A DNA stretch of 64,000 bases from Balanoglossus misakiensis. Its lineage: Eukaryota; Animalia; Hemichordata. The notes beneath the pieces were generated by a model. That model was given only the letters and a program-made list of their open reading frames with translations, searched no databases and was not told the origin of the DNA. How positions within the stretch are numbered: the first letter of the stretch is position 1; every line of letters begins with the position of its first letter. The stretch is from the NCBI GenBank assembly GCA_040954595.2, contig CM082596.2:10684461-10748460 (forward strand), in the 5' to 3' direction. This document shows positions 15,001 through 30,000 of this stretch, piece by piece. The position numbers and the translations under genes were made by a program.

Positions 15001-18000
15001 ATAAAAAGCCCAACAGTCATTATTTTGTTCACATGAGTTTTATTGCTGCCATGACATAACCCAAATATTTTGATAATTTTGGCAATGACCCTTGAAATAC
15101 TTGGATATGTCTCTTGTTAAAAAGCACAACAGTCATTATTTTGTTCACATGAGTTTTATTGCTGCCAGGACATAACACAAATATTTTAATAATTTTGGCA
15201 ATGACCCTTGATCTACTTGGATATGTCTCTTGTTAAAAAGCACAACAGTCATTATTGTGTTCACATGAGTTTTATTGCTGCCAGGACATATCCAAAATAT
15301 TTTGATAATTTTGGCAATGACCCTTGATCTACTTGGAGATGTCTCTTTTTAAAAAGCACAACAGTCATGATTTTGTTTACGTGACTACTATTGCTGCCAG
15401 GACATAACCGAAATATTTTGATAATTTTGGCAATGACCCTTGATCTACTTGGATATGTCTCTTGTTAAAAAGCACATCAGTCATGATTTTGTTAACATGA
15501 GTTTTATTGCTGCCAGGACATACACCAAATATTTTGATAATTTTGGCAATGACTCTTGATCTACTTGGATATGTCTCTTGTTAAAAAGCACAACAGTCAT
15601 GATTGTGTTCACATGAATTCTATTGCTGTCAGGACATAACCCAAATATTTTGATAATTTTGGCAATGACCCTTGATCTACTTGGATATGTCTCTTGTTAA
15701 AAAGCACAACAGTCATTATTTTGTTCACATGAGTTTTATTGCTGCCAGGACATAACACAAATATTTTGATAATTTTGGCAATGACCCTCGATCTACTTGG
15801 ATATGTCTCTTGTTAAAAAGCACAACAGTCATGATTGTGTTCACACGAGTTTTATTGCTGCCAGGACATAACCCAAATATTTTTATAATTTTGGCAATGA
15901 CCCTTGATCTACTTGGATATGTCTCTTGTTAAAAAGCACAACAGTCATGATTGTGTTCACACAAGTTTTATTGCTGCCAGGACATAACCCAAATATTTTT
16001 TATAATTTTGGCCATGACCCTTGATCTACTTGGATATGTCTCTTGTTAAAAAGCACAACAGTCATGATTTTGTTTACGTGACTACTATTGCTGCCAGGAC
16101 TTAACCCAAATATTTTGATAATTTTGGCAATGACCCTTGATCTACTTGGATATGTCTCTTGTTAAAAAGCACATCAGTCATGATTTTGATAACATGAATT
16201 TTATTCCTGCCAGGACATATACCAAATATTTTGATAATTTTGGCAATGACTCTTGATCTACATGAGTTTTATTGCTGACATGATATAACCCAAATATTTT
16301 GATAATTTTGGAAATGACCCTTGATCTACTTGGATATGTCTCTTGTTAAAAAGCACAACAGTCATGATTGTGTTCACACAAGTTTTATTGCTGCCAGGAC
16401 ATAACCCAAATATTTTTTATAATTTTGGCCATGACCCTTGATCTACTTGGATATGTCTCTTGTTAAAAAGCACAACAGTCATGATTTTGTTTACGTGACT
16501 ACTATTGCTGCCAGGACTTAACCCAAATATTTTGATAATCTTGGCAATGACCCTTGATCTACTTGGATATGTCTCTTGATAAAAAGCACAACAGTCATGA
16601 TTGTGTTCACACGAGTTTTATTGCTGCCAGGACATAACCCCAATATTTAGATAATTTTGGCCATGACCCTTGATCTACTTGGATATGTCTCTTGTTAAAA
16701 AGCACAACAGTCATGATTTTGTTTACGTGACTACTATTGCTGCCAGGACTTAACCCAAATATTTTGATAATCTTGGCAATAACCCTTGATCTACTTGGAT
16801 ATGTCTCTTGATAAAAAGCACAACAGTCATGATTGTGTTCACATGAGTTTTATTGCTGCCAGGACATAACCCAAATATTTTGATAATTTTGGAAATGACC
16901 CTTGATCTACTTGGATATGTCTCTTGTTAAAAAGCACAACAGTCATGATTGTGTTCACACAAGTTTTATTGCTGCCAGGACATAACCCAAATATTTTTTA
17001 TAATTTTGGCCATGACCCTTGATCTACTTGGATATGTCTCTTGTTAAAAAGCACAACAGTCATGATTTTGTTTACGTGACTACTATTGCTGCCAGGACTT
17101 AACCCAAATATTTTGATAATCTTGGCAATGACCCTTGATCTACTTGGATATGTCTCTTGTTAAAAAGCACAACAGTCATGATTGTGTTCACATGAATTCT
17201 ATTGCTGTCAGGACATAACCCAAATATTTTGATAATTTTGGCAATGACCCTTGATCTACTTGGATATGTCTCTTGTTAAAAAGCACAACAGTCATTATTT
17301 TGTTCACATGAGTTTTATTGCTGCCAGGACATAACCCAAATATTTTGATAATTTTGGAAATGACCCTTGATCTACTTGGATATGTCTCTTGTTAAAAAGC
17401 ACAACAGTCATGATTGTGTTCACACAAGTTTTATTGCTGCCAGGACATAACCCAAATATTTTTTATAATTTTGGCCATGACCCTTGATCTACTTGGATAT
17501 GTCTCTTGTTAAAAAGCACAACAGTCATGATTTTGTTTACGTGACTACTATTGCTGCCAGGACTTAACCCAAATATTTTGATAATCTTGGCAATGACCCT
17601 TGATCTACTTGGATATGTCTCTTGTTAAAAAGCACAACAGTCATGATTGTGTTCACATGAATTCTATTGCTGTCAGGACATAACCCAAATATTTTGATAA
17701 TTTTGGCAATGACCCTTGATCTACTTGGATATGTCTCTTGTTAAAAAGCACAACAGTCATTATTTTGTTCACATGAGTTTTATTGCTGCCAGGACATAAC
17801 ACAAATATTTTGATAATTTTGGCAATGACCCTTGATCTACTTGGATATGTCTCTTGTTAAAAAGCACAACAGTCATGATTGTGTTCACACGAGTTTTATT
17901 GCTGCCAGGACATAACCCAAATATTTTTATAATTTTGGCAATGACCCTTGATCTACTTGGATATGTCTCTTGTTAAAAAGCACAACAGTCATGATTGTGT

Positions 18001-21000
18001 TCACACAAGTTTTATTGCTGCCAGGACATAACCCAAATATTTTTTATAATTTTGGCCATGACCCTTGATCTACTTGGATATGTCTCTTGTTAAAAAGCAC
18101 AACAGTCATGATTTTGTTTACGTGACTACTATTGCTGCCAGGACTTAACCCAAATATTTTGATAATCTTGGCAATAACCCTTGATCTACTTGGATATGTC
18201 TCTTGATAAAAAGCACAACAGTCATGATTGTGTTCACATGAGTTTTATTGCTGCCAGGACATAACCCAAATATTTTGATAATTTTGGTAATGACCCTTGA
18301 TCTTCTTGGATATGTCTCTTGTTAAAAAGCACAACAGTCATGATTGTGTTCACACGAGTTTTATTGCTGCCAGGACATAACCCAAATTTTTTGATAATTT
18401 TGGCAATGACCCTTGATCTACTTGGATATGTCTCTTGTTAAAAAGCACATCAGTCATGATTTTGTTAACATGAATTTTATTGCTGCCAGGACATATACCA
18501 AATATTTTGATAATTTTGGCAATGACTCTTGATCTACATGAGTTTTATTGCTGACATGATATAACCCAAATATTTTGATAATTTTGGAAATGACCCTTGA
18601 TCTACTTGGATATGTCTCTTGTTAAAAAGCACAACAGTCATGATTGTGTTCACACAAGTTTTATTGCTGCCAGGACATAACCCAAATATTTTGATAATTA
18701 TGGCAATGACCCTTGATCTTCTTTGATATGTCTCTTGTTAAAGAGCACAACAGTCATGATTGTGTTCACACGAGTTTTATTGCTGTCAGGACATAACCCA
18801 AATATTTTGATAATTTTGGCAATGACCCTTGATCTACTTGGATATGTCTCTTGTTAAAAAGCACATCAGTCATGATTTTGTTAACATGAGTTTTATTGCT
18901 GCCAGGACATACACCAAATATTTTGATAATTTTGGCAATGACTCTTGATCTACTTGGATATGTCTCTTGTTAAAAAGCACAACAGTCATTATTTTGTTCA
19001 CATGAGTTTTATTGCTGCCAGGACATAACCTAAATATTTTGATAATTATGGCAATGACCCTTGAACTACTTGGATATGTCTCTTGATAAAAAGCCCAACA
19101 GTCATTATTTTGTTCACATGAGTTTTATTGCTGCCATGACATAACCCAAATATTTTGATAATTTTGGCAATGACCCTTGAAATACTTGGATATGTCTCTT
19201 GTTAAAAAGCACAACAGTCATTATTTTGTTCACATGAGTTTTATTGCTGCCAGGACATAACACAAATATTTTGATAATTTTGGCAATGACCCTTGATCTA
19301 CTTGGATATGTCTCTTGTTAAAAAGCACAACAGTCATTATTGTGTTCACATGAGTTTTATTGCTGCCAGGACATATCCAAAATATTTTGATAATTTTTGC
19401 AATGACCCTTGATCTACTTGGAGATGTCTCTTTTTAAAAAGCACAACAGTCATGATTTTGTTTACGTGACTACTATTGCTGCCAGGACATAACCGAAATA
19501 TTTTGATAATCTTGGCAATGACCCTTGATCTACTTGGATATGTCTCTTGATAAAAAGCACAACAGTCATGATTGTGTTTAAATGAGTTTTATTGCTGCCA
19601 GGACTTAACCCAAATATTTTGATAATTTTGGCAATGACTCTTGATCTACTTGGATATGTCTCTTGTTAAAAAGCACAACAGTCATGATTGTGTTCACATG
19701 AATTCTATTGCTGTCAGGACATAACCCAAATATTTTGATAATTTTGGCAATGACCCTTGATCTACTTGGATATGTCTCTTGTTAAAAAGCACAACAGTCA
19801 TTATTTTGTTCACATGAGTTTTATTGCTGCCAGGACATAACACAAATATTTTGATAATTTTGGCAATGACCCTTGATCTACTTGGATATGTCTCTTGTTA
19901 AAAAGCACAACAGTCATGATTGTGTTCACACGAGTTTTATTGCTGCCAGGACATAACCCAAATATTTTTATAATTTTGGCAATGACCCTTGATCTACTTG
20001 GATATGTCTCTTGTTAAAAAGCACAACAGTCATGATTGTGTTCACACAAGTTTTATTGCTGCCAGGACATAACCCAAATATTTTTTACAATTTTGGCCAT
20101 GACCCTTGATCTACTTGGATATGTCTCTTGTTAAAAAGCACAACAGTCATGATTTTGTTTACGTGACTACTATTGCTGCCAGGACTTAACCCAAATATTT
20201 TGATAATCTTGGCAATAACCCTTGATCTACTTGGATATGTCTCTTGATAAAAAGCACAACAGTCATGATTGTGTTCACATGAGTTTTATTGCTGCCAGGA
20301 CATAACCCAAATATTTTGATAATTTTGGTAATGACCCTTGATCTTCTTGGATATGTCTCTTGTTAAAAAGCACAACAGTCATGATTGTGTTCACATGAGT
20401 TTTATTGCTGCCAGGACATAACCCAAATATTTTGATAATTTTGGCAATGACCCTTGATCTACTTGGATATGTCTCTTGTTAAAAAGCACAACAGTCATTA
20501 TTTTGTTCACATGAGTTTTATTGCTGCCAGGACATAACCCAAATATTTTGATAATTTTGGAAATGACCCTTGATCTACTTGGATATGTCTCTTGTTAAAA
20601 AGCACAACAGTCATGATTGTGTTCACACAAGTTTTATTGCTGCCAGGACATAACCCAAATATTTTTTATAATTTTGGCCATGACCCTTGATCTACTTGGA
20701 TATGTCTCTTGTTAAAAAGCACATCAGTCATGATTTTGTTTACGTGACTACTATTGCTGCCAGGACTTAACCCAAATATTTTGATAATCTTGGCAATGAC
20801 CCTTGATCTACTTGGATATGTCTCTTGTTAAAAAGCACAACAGTCATGATTGTGTTCACATGAATTCTATTGCTGTCAGGACATAACCCAAATATTTTGA
20901 TAATTTTGGCAATGACCCTTGATCTACTTGGATATGTCTCTTGTTAAAAAGCACAACAGTCATTATTTTGTTCACATGAGTTTTATTGCTGCCAGGACAT

Positions 21001-24000
21001 AACACAAATATTTTGATAATTTTGGCAATGACCCTTGATCTACTTGGATATGTCTCTTGTTAAAAAGCACAACAGTCATGATTGTGTTCACACGAGTTTT
21101 ATTGCTGCCAGGACATAACCCAAATATTTTTATAATTTTGGCAATGACCCTTGATCTACTTGGATATGTCTCTTGTTAAAAAGCACAACAGTCATGATTG
21201 TGTTCACACAAGTTTTATTGCTGCCAGGACATAACCCAAATATTTTTTATAATTTTGGCCATGACCCTTGATCTACTTGGATATGTCTCTTGTTAAAAAG
21301 CACAACAGTCATGATTTTGTTTACGTGACTACTATTGCTGCCAGGACTTAACCCAAATATTTTGATAATCTTGGCAATAACCCTTGATCTACTTGGATAT
21401 GTCTCTTGATAAAAAGCACAACAGTCATGATTGTGTTCACATGAGTTTTATTGCTGCCAGGACATAACCCAAATATTTTGATAATTTTGGTAATGACCCT
21501 TGATCTTCTTGGATATGTCTCTTGTTAAAAAGCACAACAGTCATGATTGTGTTCACACGAGTTTTATTGCTGCCAGGACATAACCCAAATTTTTTGATAA
21601 TTTTGGCAATGACCCTTGATCTACTTGGATATGTCTCTTGTTAAAAAGCACATCAGTCATGATTTTGTTAACATGAATTTTATTGCTGCCAGGACATATA
21701 CCAAATATTTTGATAATTTTGGCAATGACTCTTGATCTACATGAGTTTTATTGCTGACATGATATAACCCAAATATTTTGATAATTTTGGAAATGACCCT
21801 TGATCTACTTGGATATGTCTCTTGTTAAAAAGCACAACAGTCATGATTGTGTTCACACAAGTTTTATTGCTGCCAGGACATAACCCAAATATTTTGATAA
21901 TTATGGCAATGACCCTTGATCTTCTTTGATATGTCTCTTGTTAAAGAGCACAACAGTCATGATTGTGTTCACACGAGTTTTATTGCTGTCAGGACATAAC
22001 CCAAATATTTTGATAATTTTGGCAATGACCCTTGATCTACTTGGATATGTCTCTTGTTAAAAAGCACATCAGTCATGATTTTGTTAACATGAGTTTTATT
22101 GCTGCCAGGACATACACCAAATATTTTGATAATTTTGGCAATGACTCTTGATCTACTTGGATATGTCTCTTGTTAAAAAGCACAACAGTCATTATTTTGT
22201 TCACATGAGTTTTATTGCTGCCAGGACATAACCTAAATATTTTGATAATTATGGCAATGACCCTTGAACTACTTGGATATGTCTCTTGATAAAAAGCCCA
22301 ACAGTCATTATTTTGTTCACATGAGTTTTATTGCTGCCATGACATAACCCAAATATTTTGATAATTTTGGCAATGACCCTTGAAATACTTGGATATGTCT
22401 CTTGTTAAAAAGCACAACAGTCATTATTTTGTTCACATGAGTTTTATTGCTGCCAGGACATAACACAAATATTTTGATAATTTTGGCAATGACCCTTGAT
22501 CTACTTGGATATGTCTCTTGTTAAAAAGCACAACAGTCATTATTGTGTTCACATGAGTTTTATTGCTGCCAGGACATATCCAAAATATTTTGATAATTTT
22601 TGCAATGACCCTTGATCTACTTGGAGATGTCTCTTTTTAAAAAGCACAACAGTCATGATTTTGTTTACGTGACTACTATTGCTGCCAGGACATAACCGAA
22701 ATATTTTGATAATCTTGGCAATGACCCTTGATCTACTTGGATATGTCTCTTGATAAAAAGCACAACAGTCATGATTGTGTTTAAATGAGTTTTATTGCTG
22801 CCAGGACTTAACCCAAATATTTTGATAATTTTGGCAATGACTCTTGATCTACTTGGATATGTCTCTTGTTAAAAAGCACAACAGTCATGATTGTGTTCAC
22901 ATGAATTCTATTGCTGTCAGGACATAACCCAAATATTTTGATAATTTTGGCAATGACCCTTGATCTACTTGGATATGTCTCTTGTTAAAAAGCACAACAG
23001 TCATTATTTTGTTCACATGAGTTTTATTGCTGCCAGGACATAACACAAATATTTTGATAATTTTGGCAATGACCCTTGATCTACTTGGATATGTCTCTTG
23101 TTAAAAAGCACAACAGTCATGATTGTGTTCACACGAGTTTTATTGCTGCCAGGACATAACCCAAATATTTTTATAATTTTGGCAATGACCCTTGATCTAC
23201 TTGGATATGTCTCTTGTTAAAAAGCACAACAGTCATGATTGTGTTCACACAAGTTTTATTGCTGCCAGGACATAACCCAAATATTTTTTATAATTTTGGC
23301 CATGACCCTTGATCTACTTGGATATGTCTCTTGTTAAAAAGCACAACAGTCATGATTTTGTTTACGTGACTACTATTGCTGCCAGGACTTAACCCAAATA
23401 TTTTGATAATCTTGGCAATAACCCTTGATCTACTTGGATATGTCTCTTGATAAAAAGCACAACAGTCATGATTGTGTTCACATGAGTTTTATTGCTGCCA
23501 GGACATAACCCAAATATTTTGATAATTTTGGTAATGACCCTTGATCTTCTTGGATATGTCTCTTGTTAAAAAGCACAACAGTCATGATTGTGTTCACACG
23601 AGTTTTATTGCTGCCAGGACATAACCCAAATATTTTGATAATTATGGCAATGACCCTTGATCTACTTGGATATGTCTCTTGTTAAAAAGCACAACAGTCA
23701 TGATTGTGTTCACACGAGTTTTATTGCTGCCAGGACATAACCCAAATATTTTTATAATTTTGGCCATGACCCTTGATCTACTTGGATATGTCTCTTGATA
23801 AAAAGCACAACAGTCATGATTGTGTTCACATGAGTTTTATTGCTGCCAGGACATAACCAAAATATTTTGATAATTTTGGCAATGACCCTTGATCTACTTG
23901 GATATGTCTCTTGATAAAAAGCACAACAGTCATGATTGTGTTCACATGAGTTTTATTGCTGCCAGGACATAACCCAAATATTTTGATAATTTTGGCAATG

Positions 24001-27000
24001 ACCCTTGATCTACTTGGATATGTCTCTTGTTAAAAAGCACAACAGTCATGATTGTGTTCACACGAGTTTTATTGCTGCCAGGACATAACCCAAATATTTT
24101 TATAATTTTGGCAATGACCCTTGATCTACTTGGATATGTCTCTTGTTAAAAAGCACAACAGTCATGATTGTGTTCACACGAGTTTTATTGCTGCCAGGAC
24201 ATAACCCAAATTTTTTGATAATTTTGGCAATGACCCTTGATCAACTTGGATATGTCTCTTGTTAAAAAGCACATCAGTCATGATTTTGTTAACATGAATT
24301 TTATTGCTGCCAGGACATATACCAAATATTTTGATAATTTTGGCAATGACTCTTGATCTACATGAGTTTTATTGCTGACATGATATAACCCAAATATTTT
24401 GATAATTTTGGAAATGACCCTTGATCTACTTGGATATGTCTCTTGTTAAAAAGCACAACAGTCATGATTGTGTTCACACAAGTTTTATTGCTGCCAGGAC
24501 ATAACCCAAATATTTTGATAATTATGGCAATGACCCTTGATCTTCTTTGATATGTCTCTTGTTAAAGAGCACAACAGTCATGATTGTGTTCACACGAGTT
24601 TTATTGCTGTCAGGACATAACCCAAATATTTTGATAATTTTGGCAATGACCCTTGATCTACTTGGATATGTCTCTTGTTAAAAAGCACATCAGTCATGAT
24701 TTTGTTAACATGAGTTTTATTGCTGCCAGGACATACACCAAATATTTTGATAATTTTGGCAATGACTCTTGATCTACTTGGATATGTCTCTTGTTAAAAA
24801 GCACAACAGTCATTATTTTGTTCACATGAGTTTTATTGCTGCCAGGACATAACCTAAATATTTTGATAATTATGGCAATGACCCTTGAACTACTTGGATA
24901 TGTCTCTTGATAAAAAGCCCAACAGTCATTATTTTGTTCACATGAGTTTTATTGCTGCCCTGACATAACCCAAATATTTTGATAATTTTGGCAATGACCC
25001 TTGAAATACTTGGATATGTCTCTTGTTAAAAAGCACAACAGTCATTATTTTGTTCACATGAGTTTTATTGCTGCCAGGACATAACACAAATATTTTAATA
25101 ATTTTGGCAATGACCCTTGATCTACTTGGATATGTCTCTTGTTAAAAAGCACAACAGTCATTATTGTGTTCACATGAGTTTTATTGCTGCCAGGACATAT
25201 CCAAAATATTTTGATAATTTTTGCAATGACCCTTGATCTACTTGGAGATGTCTCTTTTTAAAAAACACAACAGTCATGATTTTGTTTACGTGACTACTAT
25301 TGCTGCCTGGCCATAACCGAAATATTTTGATAATTTTGGCAATGACCCTTGATCTACTTGGATATGTCTCTTGTTAAAAAGCACAACAGTCATGATTGTG
25401 TTCACACGAGTTTTATTGCTGCCAGGACATAACCCAAATATTTTTATAATTTTGGCAATGACCCTTGATCTACTTGGATATGTCTCTTGTTAAAAAGCAC
25501 AACAGTCATTATTGTGTTCACATGAGTTTTATTGCTGCCAGGACATATCCAAAATATTTTGATAATTTTTGCAATGACCCTTGATCTACTTGGAGATGTC
25601 TCTTTTTAAAAAGCACAACAGTCATGATTTTGTTTACGTGACTACTATTGCTGCCAGGACATAACCGAAATATTTTGATAATTTTGGCAATGACCCTTGA
25701 TCTACTTGGATATGTCTCTTGTTAAAAAGCACAACAGTCATGATTGTGTTCACACGAGTTTTATTGCTGCCAGGACATAACCCAAATATTTTTATAATTT
25801 TGGCAATGACCCTTGATCTACTTGGATATGTCTCTTGTTAAAAAGCACAACAGTCATGATTGTGTTCACACGAGTTTTATTGCTGCCAGGACATAACCCA
25901 AATATTTTGATAATTATGGCAATGACCCTTGAACTACTTGGATATGTCTCTTGATAAAAAGCCCAACAGTCATTATTTTGTTCACATGAGTTTTATTGCT
26001 GCCCTGACATAACCCAAATATTTTGATAATTTTGGCAATGACCCTTGAAATACTTGGATATGTCTCTTGTTAAAAAGCACAACAGTCATTATTTTGTTCA
26101 CATGAGTTTTATTGCTGCCAGGACATAACACAAATATTTTAATAATTTTGGCAATGACCCTTGATCTACTTGGATATGTCTCTTGTTAAAAAGCACAACA
26201 GTCATTATTGTGTTCACATGAGTTTTATTGCTGCCAGGACATATCCAAAATATTTTGATAATTTTTGCAATGACCCTTGATCTACTTGGAGATGTCTCTT
26301 TTTAAAAAGCACAACAGTCATGATTTTGTTTCCGTGACTACTATTGCTGCCTGGCCATAACCGAAATATTTTGATAATTTTGGCAATGACCCTTGATCTA
26401 CTTGGATATGTCTCTTGTTAAAAAGCACAACAGTCATGATTGTGTTCACACGAGTTTTATTGCTGCCAGGACATAACCCAAATATTTTTATAATTTTGGC
26501 AATGACCCTTGATCTACTTGGATATGTCTCTTGTTAAAAAGCACAACAGTCATTATTGTGTTCACATGAGTTTTATTGCTGCCAGGACATATCCAAAATA
26601 TTTTGATAATTTTTGCAATGACCCTTGATCTACTTGGAGATGTCTCTTTTTAAAAAGCACAACAGTCATGATTTTGTTTACGTGACTACTATTGCTGCCA
26701 GGACATAACCGAAATATTTTGATAATTTTGGCAATGACCCTTGATCTACTTGGATATGTCTCTTGTTAAAAAGCACAACAGTCATGATTGTGTTCACACG
26801 AGTTTTATTGCTGCCAGGACATAACCCAAATATTTTTATAATTTTGGCAATGACCCTTGATCTACTTGGATATGTCTCTTGTTAAAAAGCACAACAGTCA
26901 TGATTGTGTTCACACGAGTTTTATTGCTGCCAGGACATAACCCAAATATTTTGATAATTATGGCAATGACCCTTGATCTACTTGGATATGTCTCTTGTTA

Positions 27001-30000
27001 AAAAGCACAACAGTCATGATTGTGTTCACACGAGTTTTATTGCTGCCAGGACATAACCCAAATATTTTGATAATTATGGCAATGACCCTTGAACTACTTG
27101 GATATGTCTCTTGATAAAAAGCCCAACAGTCATTATTTTGTTCACATGAGTTTTATTGCTGCCCTGACATAACCCAAATATTTTGATAATTTTGGCAATG
27201 ACCCTTGAAATACTTGGATATGTCTCTTGTTAAAAAGCACAACAGTCATTATTTTGTTCACATGAGTTTTATTGCTGCCAGGACATAACACAAATATTTT
27301 AATAATTTTGGCAATGACCCTTGATCTACTTGGATATGTCTCTTGTTAAAAAGCACAACAGTCATTATTGTGTTCACATGAGTTTTATTGCTGCCAGGAC
27401 ATATCCAAAATATTTTGATAATTTTTGCAATGACCCTTGATCTACTTGGAGATGTCTCTTTTTAAAAAGCACAACAGTCATGATTTTGTTTCCGTGACTA
27501 CTATTGCTGCCTGGCCATAACCGAAATATTTTGATAATTTTGGCAATGACCCTTGATCTACTTGGATATGTCTCTTGTTAAAAAGCACAACAGTCATGAT
27601 TGTGTTCACACGAGTTTTATTGCTGCCAGGACATAACCCAAATATTTTTATAATTTTGGCAATGACCCTTGATCTACTTGGATATGTCTCTTGTTAAAAA
27701 GCACAACAGTCATTATTGTGTTCACATGAGTTTTATTGCTGCCAGGACATATCCAAAATATTTTGATAATTTTTGCAATGACCCTTGATCTACTTGGAGA
27801 TGTCTCTTTTTAAAAAGCACAACAGTCATGATTTTGTTTACGTGACTACTATTGCTGCCAGGACATAACCGAAATATTTTGATAATTTTGGCAATGACCC
27901 TTGATCTACTTGGATATGTCTCTTGTTAAAAAGCACAACAGTCATGATTGTGTTCACACGAGTTTTATTGCTGCCAGGACATAACCCAAATATTTTTATA
28001 ATTTTGGCAATGACCCTTGATCTACTTGGATATGTCTCTTGTTAAAAAGCACAACAGTCATGATTGTGTTCACACGAGTTTTATTGCTGCCAGGACATAA
28101 CCCAAATATTTTGATAATTATGGCAATGACCCTTGATCTACTTGGATATGTCTCTTGTTAAAAAGCACAACAGTCATGATTGTGTTCACACGAGTTTTAT
28201 TGCTGCCAGGACATAACCCAAATATTTTTATAATTTTGGCCATGACCCTTGATCTACTTGGATATGTCTCTTGATAAAAAGCACAACAGTCATGATTGTG
28301 TTCACATGAGTTTTATTGCTGCCAGGACATAACCAAAATATTTTGATAATTTTGGCAATGACCCTTGATCTACTTGGATATGTCTCTTGTTAAAAAGCAC
28401 AACAGTCATGATTGTGTTTAAATGAGTTTTATTGCTGCCAGGACTTAACCCAAATATTTTGATAATTTTGGCAATGACTCTTGATCTACTTGGATATGTC
28501 TCTTGTTAAAAAGCACAACAGTCATGATTGTGTTCACATGAATTCTATTGCTGTCAGGACATAACCCAAATATTTTGATAATTTTGGCAATGACCCTTGA
28601 TCTACTTGGATATGTCTCTTGTTAAAAAGCACAACAGTCATTATTTTGTTCACATGAGTTTTATTGCTGCCAGGACATAACACAAATATTTTGATAATTT
28701 TGGCAATGACCCTTGATCTACTTGGATATGTCTCTTGTTAAAAAGCACAACAGTCATGATTGTGTTCACACGAGTTTTATTGCTGCCAGGACATAACCCA
28801 AATATTTTTATAATTTTGGCAATGACCCTTGATCTACTTGGATATGTCTCTTGTTAAAAAGCACAACAGTCATGATTGTGTTCACACGAGTTTTATTGCT
28901 GCCAGGACATAACCCAAATATTTTGATAATTATGGCAATGACCCTTGATCTACTTGGATATGTCTCTTGTTAAAAAGCACAACAGTCATGATTGTGTTCA
29001 CACGAGTTTTATTGCTGCCAGGACATAACCCAAATATTTTTATAATTTTGGCCATGACCCTTGATCTACTTGGATATGTCTCTTGATAAAAAGCACAACA
29101 GTCATGATTGTGTTCACATGAGTTTTATTGCTGCCAGGACATAACCAAAATATTTTGATAATTTTGGCAATGACCCTTGATCTACTTGGATATGTCTCTT
29201 GTTAAAAAGCACAACAGTCATGATTGTGTTTAAATGAGTTTTATTGCTGCCAGGACTTAACCCAAATATTTTGATAATTTTGGCAATGACTCTTGATCTA
29301 CTTGGATATGTCTCTTGTTAAAAAGCACAACAGTCATGATTGTGTTCACACGAGTTTTATTGCTGCCAGGACATAACCCAAATATTTTGATAATTTTGGC
29401 AATGACCCTTGATCTACTTGGATATGTCTCTTGTTAAAAAGCACAACAGTCATGATTGTGTTCACACGAGTTTTATTGCTGCCAGGACATAACCCAAATA
29501 TTTTGATAATTATGGCAATGACCCTTGATCTACTTGGATATGTCTCTTGTTAAAAAGCACAACAGTCATGATTGTGTTCACACGAGTTTTATTGCTGCCA
29601 GGACATAACCCAAATATTTTTATAATTTTGGCCATGACCCTTGATCTACTTGGATATGTCTCTTGATAAAAAGCACAACAGTCATGATTGTGTTCACATG
29701 AGTTTTATTGCTGCCAGGACATAACCAAAATATTTTGATAATTTTGGCAATGACCCTTGATCTACTTGGATATGTCTCTTGTTAAAAAGCACAACAGTCA
29801 TGATTGTGTTTAAATGAGTTTTATTGCTGCCAGGACTTAACCCAAATATTTTGATAATTTTGGCAATGACTCTTGATCTACTTGGATATGTCTCTTGTTA
29901 AAAAACACAACAGTCATGATTGTGTTCACATGAATTCTATTGCTGTCAGGACATAACCCAAATATTTTGATAATTTTGGCAATGACCCTTGATCTACTTG

